Below, piece by piece: positions 60,328-64,000 of a stretch of DNA of 64,000 nt. A program made the position numbers and the translations under genes. How positions within the stretch are numbered: position 1 is the stretch's first letter; each line of letters begins with the position of its first letter. The notes under the pieces are model-generated. The model made no database searches. It was not told the origin of the DNA and saw nothing but the letters and a program-made list of their open reading frames with translations. The DNA is from an uncultured archaeon (GTDB lineage Archaea > Thermoplasmatota > Penumbrarchaeia > JASLWR01): contig CAYSHM010000006.1 of the NCBI GenBank assembly GCA_964430885.1, forward strand, positions 75,803 to 139,802, read 5' to 3'.

Positions 60328-60894
60328 ATGTCTAGCCGAGCTTTACTGATAATTGATGTTCAGAACGACCTTTGTCCCGGAGGTAGTATGGCGATCGAGG
60401 GTGGTGAAAATATATTAAGAACCCTCAACAGATACATACAGCGTTTAAAGGTCCACTTTTTTGCATCTCGAGACTGGCATCCAGCTAAAACCAACCATTT
60501 CACGCCTTATGGAGGTGAATATCCCCCCCATTGTGTTCGGGATACTTTCGGTGCGATGTTCCCCACAAATCTGAAATTGCCCGCCTCAACGATTGTCATC
60601 AGCAAGGGAATGGGACCCAGAGAGGAAGGTGTTTCTGCATTCAATGGTTATGATAATAAGGGAAGAAGTTTCGATGTTATTCTGGACGACATGGGAATAG
60701 GCTCCCTTTACGTATGCGGTCTTGGAACTGAACTTGGTGTGAAGGAGACGGTGATAGATGCCCTCGAACGTGGATATGTAGTCAAGCTTCTGACCGATGC
60801 TATCGGCGGTGTTGATGCTGGTGGGGCACGGTTGGCAATGGAAGAGATGGAGGCCTTAGGTGCGGATATGATCAACCTGCGGGATCTTGGCTGA
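60328..60894 (+). CDS. pncA: Nicotinamidase / isochorismatase-family hydrolase
   Basis: 'ALLIIDVQNDLCPGG' and 'YVCGLGTELGV' (catalytic Cys). Alternative start 60313. Confidence 0.7.
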   Translation: MSSRALLIIDVQNDLCPGGSMAIEGGENILRTLNRYIQRLKVHFFASRDWHPAKTNHFTPYGGEYPPHCVRDTFGAMFPTNLKLPASTIVISKGMGPREEGVSAFNGYDNKGRSFDVILDDMGIGSLYVCGLGTELGVKETVIDALERGYVVKLLTDAIGGVDAGGARLAMEEMEALGADMINLRDLG

Positions 60895-60926
60895 AATGAA
60901 TTATCGGTCATCCAAGGTATCAAAGA

Positions 60927-61340
60927 CTATTTCCTTCTTCTGTCCCGCTCGTCATCCTCCTGCTGAATCTCCCTTTTAAGCAGCTCATGGTGCCATTTCT
61001 CCACAATAAAACTGTCCGACCAAGGACAATATGTGTCCTTTATGGCACAGCCACGGTCAGGATCGAATATTACGGGATACAGCTGGCAACCCAAAGGTCT
61101 TATATCGTATATGGAGCAATTACCGCGGTCAAGAAAAAAACAATTTCCGTCCACATTCTTCAGCTGGATGTATCCGTCGACCTTAATGGTGAAATTACTG
61201 AACCCCGCCTTTCTAATGGCACGTAGGTCCTTAAGGGATAAGGTCATTTCGGTATTCTGACAGCAACGGTAGCAACTGTGCACCCTGCAGGGCGATATTC
61301 CTCCTGAAACCGGAGGTCTGAGCTCAGTCATAATTACCAC
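60927..61340 (-). CDS. Cys-rich YkgJ-family putative Fe/Zn-binding protein
   Basis: 'CRVHSCYRCCQ' CxxCxxCC motif plus additional Cys. Confidence 0.45.
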   Translation of the reverse strand: MVIMTELRPPVSGGISPCRVHSCYRCCQNTEMTLSLKDLRAIRKAGFSNFTIKVDGYIQLKNVDGNCFFLDRGNCSIYDIRPLGCQLYPVIFDPDRGCAIKDTYCPWSDSFIVEKWHHELLKREIQQEDDERDRRRK

Positions 61341-61852
61341 TGGTCTTTCTTTATGGGATTCAGGGTTATACCTGACTGACCCATGTAGTTTCCGCTCTTC
61401 TCTTCGTATAGAGATGAAGGAATGCTAGTCAGACGCTGGATCACCAGTTGGACAATCCTCTCACCTGGCTTCAGAATGATGTCTGAATGAGAGCAGTTAA
61501 GAAAACTCAGGGTCAGAGTTCCCTCGAATCCCGCATCGATCTTGCCGAAAGCGGGTAGAAATCCCTTTCTGGCGAATGTTGTCCGTATCCAGCATTCTCC
61601 AACTAGATTAGGTCCGAACCTGAGCTTTTCCTGAGTAGATATTATGAAACGGGATTTGGATGGTATAAGGGTCATTTCATTGGTCACGGTTTTCATCAGT
61701 TCGGGTATCAAAATTTCGCCTATTCTAAGGTCGTATCCGTTTGGCGTCAGGTCCTTTTCCCTGAAGGGTTGTATGGACAGTTCGTTATGCTCAATGGCTG
61801 AAATTATATCTACATCGCTGAGAATCGAGATTATATCACTTCCAATTATCAT
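61334..61852 (-). CDS. dcd: dCTP deaminase / dUTPase-family protein
   Basis: 172 aa; 'LTPNGYDLRIGE', 'GKIDAGFEGTLTL', 'GERIVQLVI' beta-barrel dUTPase-fold motifs. Confidence 0.65.
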   Translation of the reverse strand: MIIGSDIISILSDVDIISAIEHNELSIQPFREKDLTPNGYDLRIGEILIPELMKTVTNEMTLIPSKSRFIISTQEKLRFGPNLVGECWIRTTFARKGFLPAFGKIDAGFEGTLTLSFLNCSHSDIILKPGERIVQLVIQRLTSIPSSLYEEKSGNYMGQSGITLNPIKKDQW

Positions 61853-62124
61853 TTTAATAAATGCTATCGATATGAAAATTATTATTTATACAGGTATTGA
61901 TAATACAGCCAATTATATTTTGCTTGAAAATTTCTATTTCCTATAGCTGAACATATCTAGATTATCTCATATGTTTCCGCTTTACAGACAATATTAAGAA
62001 CCAACTAGCTTTAAATATTTTTTGAACCAAAACCTAGATCTATACAATATTGATAAAATGAGCAATTGGATATCAGGATAACGATCATAAAAGAATTATA
62101 TATTTTCACTGCTATAGCTGTTTC

Positions 62125-63129
62125 GTGAACAAAGCGGTCAAAGTAAAGGGATTGGTGAAATTCTTCCCGGAAAAAAGATCATTATTTCAGAATTTCGGAA
62201 GATCCGCAAATAAAAATGATTCTCCAAAGGGTATCTATGCCCTCAAAGGACTGAATCTCACGGTAGGGGTGAACCAGATATTCGGACTTCTAGGACCCAA
62301 TGGTGCTGGTAAGACCACCCTAATTAAGACACTTAACTGCCTCATCCCTCCTACTAGAGGATCCGTTGAGGTATTGGGTATGGATCTATCAAAGGACCGA
62401 GAGAACATTCTGTCAAAGGTCGGTTATATGCCTGAGATCCCTTCATTTTATTCTGGAGTCACTACGGAAAAAATTGTGGAGTATTATTCCAAGCTTTATG
62501 GTTATCAAGGGGAGGAAGGTTCCCAAAGGGTAGACACTGTATTGGAAATGGTTGATATGGAAGCAAACCGTAAAAAGAAAACAGACGACCTGTCATTTGG
62601 AATGAAGAAGCGTCTCTCCCTGGCTGTTTCGGTGATCAATGATCCTGAGCTCCTGATACTTGACGAACCTACAGGCGGTTTGGACCCCAAGGGTAAGAAG
62701 GATTTTCAGGAGATGATAAGGGAACTATGCACAAGAGGGCGTACGGTGATCATGTCCTCACACATCCTTCCTGAGGTCCAGCAGATGTGCAGTCATGCAG
62801 GTATAATATTGAAAGGAAAACTGATCAGCTCCGGTTCAATGAGTTCACTCCAGAAAACCATGCTGGGAGGTGAGACCGTAAAGATCCGAATAAGGATATC
62901 AGGCGAGGGAGAATCACCTAGAGAAGATATCAGCGCATTGGAGGGAGTGAAGAGGTTGGAAATGGTTGATGAGGAATTGATCATTTTTGCTTTGGACGGC
63001 GAACTAAGCGTAAAGGTGAATGAAATACTGGCAAATAAAGGTTGGAAGGTAAGTTCTCTTGTCATCGAGGAGCCGGAGCTTGAAGATATCTTCATGCATC
63101 ATACTGAGGGTCGGAGTAGGAAGGGTTAA
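62125..63129 (+). CDS. ABC transporter ATP-binding protein
   Basis: Walker A 'GLLGPNGAGKTT', signature 'LSFGMKKRLSLA', Walker B 'LILDEPTGGLD'. GTG start. Confidence 0.8.
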   Translation: MNKAVKVKGLVKFFPEKRSLFQNFGRSANKNDSPKGIYALKGLNLTVGVNQIFGLLGPNGAGKTTLIKTLNCLIPPTRGSVEVLGMDLSKDRENILSKVGYMPEIPSFYSGVTTEKIVEYYSKLYGYQGEEGSQRVDTVLEMVDMEANRKKKTDDLSFGMKKRLSLAVSVINDPELLILDEPTGGLDPKGKKDFQEMIRELCTRGRTVIMSSHILPEVQQMCSHAGIILKGKLISSGSMSSLQKTMLGGETVKIRIRISGEGESPREDISALEGVKRLEMVDEELIIFALDGELSVKVNEILANKGWKVSSLVIEEPELEDIFMHHTEGRSRKG

Positions 63130-63196
63130 TCTTAATGATTCTTTTAGAATTTATAAAATTTATCTTAATCCAATATTGATAGAATTTGGGGCGTTT

Positions 63197-63991
63197 TCAT
63201 TCCAGTGTAAGCATTAATTCATTCAAACCTTCAATTTCGATTTCGTCCCCGGCCCAGTTGGAAATGATATCGCCGAAATCAGTTGATAACCTATTGACAA
63301 TTTCCTTCATTTTGCTGATGGCAGGTTCAACATCCTCTCCCTTTCCAATGACAATAAGATAAAACCCTATACCCTCTTCTATCAGTATGTTATGGTCCCC
63401 TTTCTTGATATTCTTCAGGTTTCCCTCAACGGATAATGAATCGGATATGAACATCTTAACAGCAGTGAACATCCCGCCAAATGTATCATCATCCAAGTTC
63501 AGGTCCTCTCTAACGGTTTTTTTATACATCACTAGACCACCTTCTTTCAAAAGCATTACATAGGTAGTTGTAAATGTATCGAACTTTGTCAAGGATCTCT
63601 TCTTTGTAATAGCGTTTTCAACTGCACCAAAGAGCTTCTTGCTTTTTACAGGTTTAACAATAAAATCCAGAGCGCCCTTTTTAATTGCATCCACACCTGT
63701 TGTTATATCATCAACGGCACTTATCATGATGACCTGAACATTGGGGTCCTTATTTTTGATCAAGGACAAACATTCCAGACCGCTCATTTGGGGCATATTG
63801 ATGTCTAGAAGGACCACAGAAGGTTCCACCTTTTCCATCATTTCGAGGGCTCTAATGCCGTTATCGGCAGTAAATACAGGATAATTCCTTTTTTCCAGAA
63901 GCCTGCTGAAAGTAACCCTTATGAAACTCTCATCATCCACAATCAGTATCTTTTCCTCTGAAACATCTATCCCGTCAAGATCGTTTTCCAT
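63197..63991 (-). CDS. Response regulator (CheY-like receiver domain plus C-terminal domain of unknown function)
   Basis: 'ILIVDDESFIR...VLLDINMPQMSG...VIMISA...GALDFIVKP' receiver motifs. Confidence 0.7.
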   Translation of the reverse strand: MENDLDGIDVSEEKILIVDDESFIRVTFSRLLEKRNYPVFTADNGIRALEMMEKVEPSVVLLDINMPQMSGLECLSLIKNKDPNVQVIMISAVDDITTGVDAIKKGALDFIVKPVKSKKLFGAVENAITKKRSLTKFDTFTTTYVMLLKEGGLVMYKKTVREDLNLDDDTFGGMFTAVKMFISDSLSVEGNLKNIKKGDHNILIEEGIGFYLIVIGKGEDVEPAISKMKEIVNRLSTDFGDIISNWAGDEIEIEGLNELMLTLE

Positions 63992-64000
63992 TGAACAGCC

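Noticed and set aside
1-64000. tRNA, rRNA, CRISPR arrays, transposases or integrases
   Set aside because: Intergenic regions are AT-rich without GC-rich cloverleaf-like segments or regularly spaced direct repeats; no ORF shows transposase or integrase motifs. A covariance-model scan would be needed to exclude small ncRNAs (e.g. H/ACA or C/D sRNAs).

Overview
This 64 kb window is archaeal chromosome: it carries the conserved archaeal cluster L44e - S27e - aIF2-alpha - Nop10 - PAC2 chaperone, plus Cbf5, GlmS, TrkA/TrkH, ornithine aminotransferase and several giant membrane-anchored surface proteins (PKD, lamin-tail-domain, WD40 and thrombospondin-like repeats). The main result is a compact, same-strand locus at about 2.8-12.7 kb that encodes a complete bacterial-microcompartment (BMC) shell set: one BMC-H hexamer, two tandem BMC-T proteins (one EutL/PduB-like, one PduT-like with the Fe-S cysteine) and three BMC-P vertex proteins. 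These are interleaved with a CoA-acylating aldehyde dehydrogenase, a PduS-like Fe-S flavoprotein, a bacterial-type triosephosphate isomerase, RpiB and a deoxyribose-phosphate aldolase fusion, several of which carry N-terminal amphipathic extensions resembling encapsulation peptides. The gene content matches a sugar-phosphate/deoxyribose-utilising (DERA-type) metabolosome. To my knowledge BMCs are regarded as a bacterial organelle, so an archaeal locus would be new, but I cannot search databases from here and the call rests on motif recognition. No rRNA, tRNA, CRISPR array or mobile element was recognised. All coordinates and start codons are read by eye from the sequence and ORF track; no similarity search or domain scan was run.
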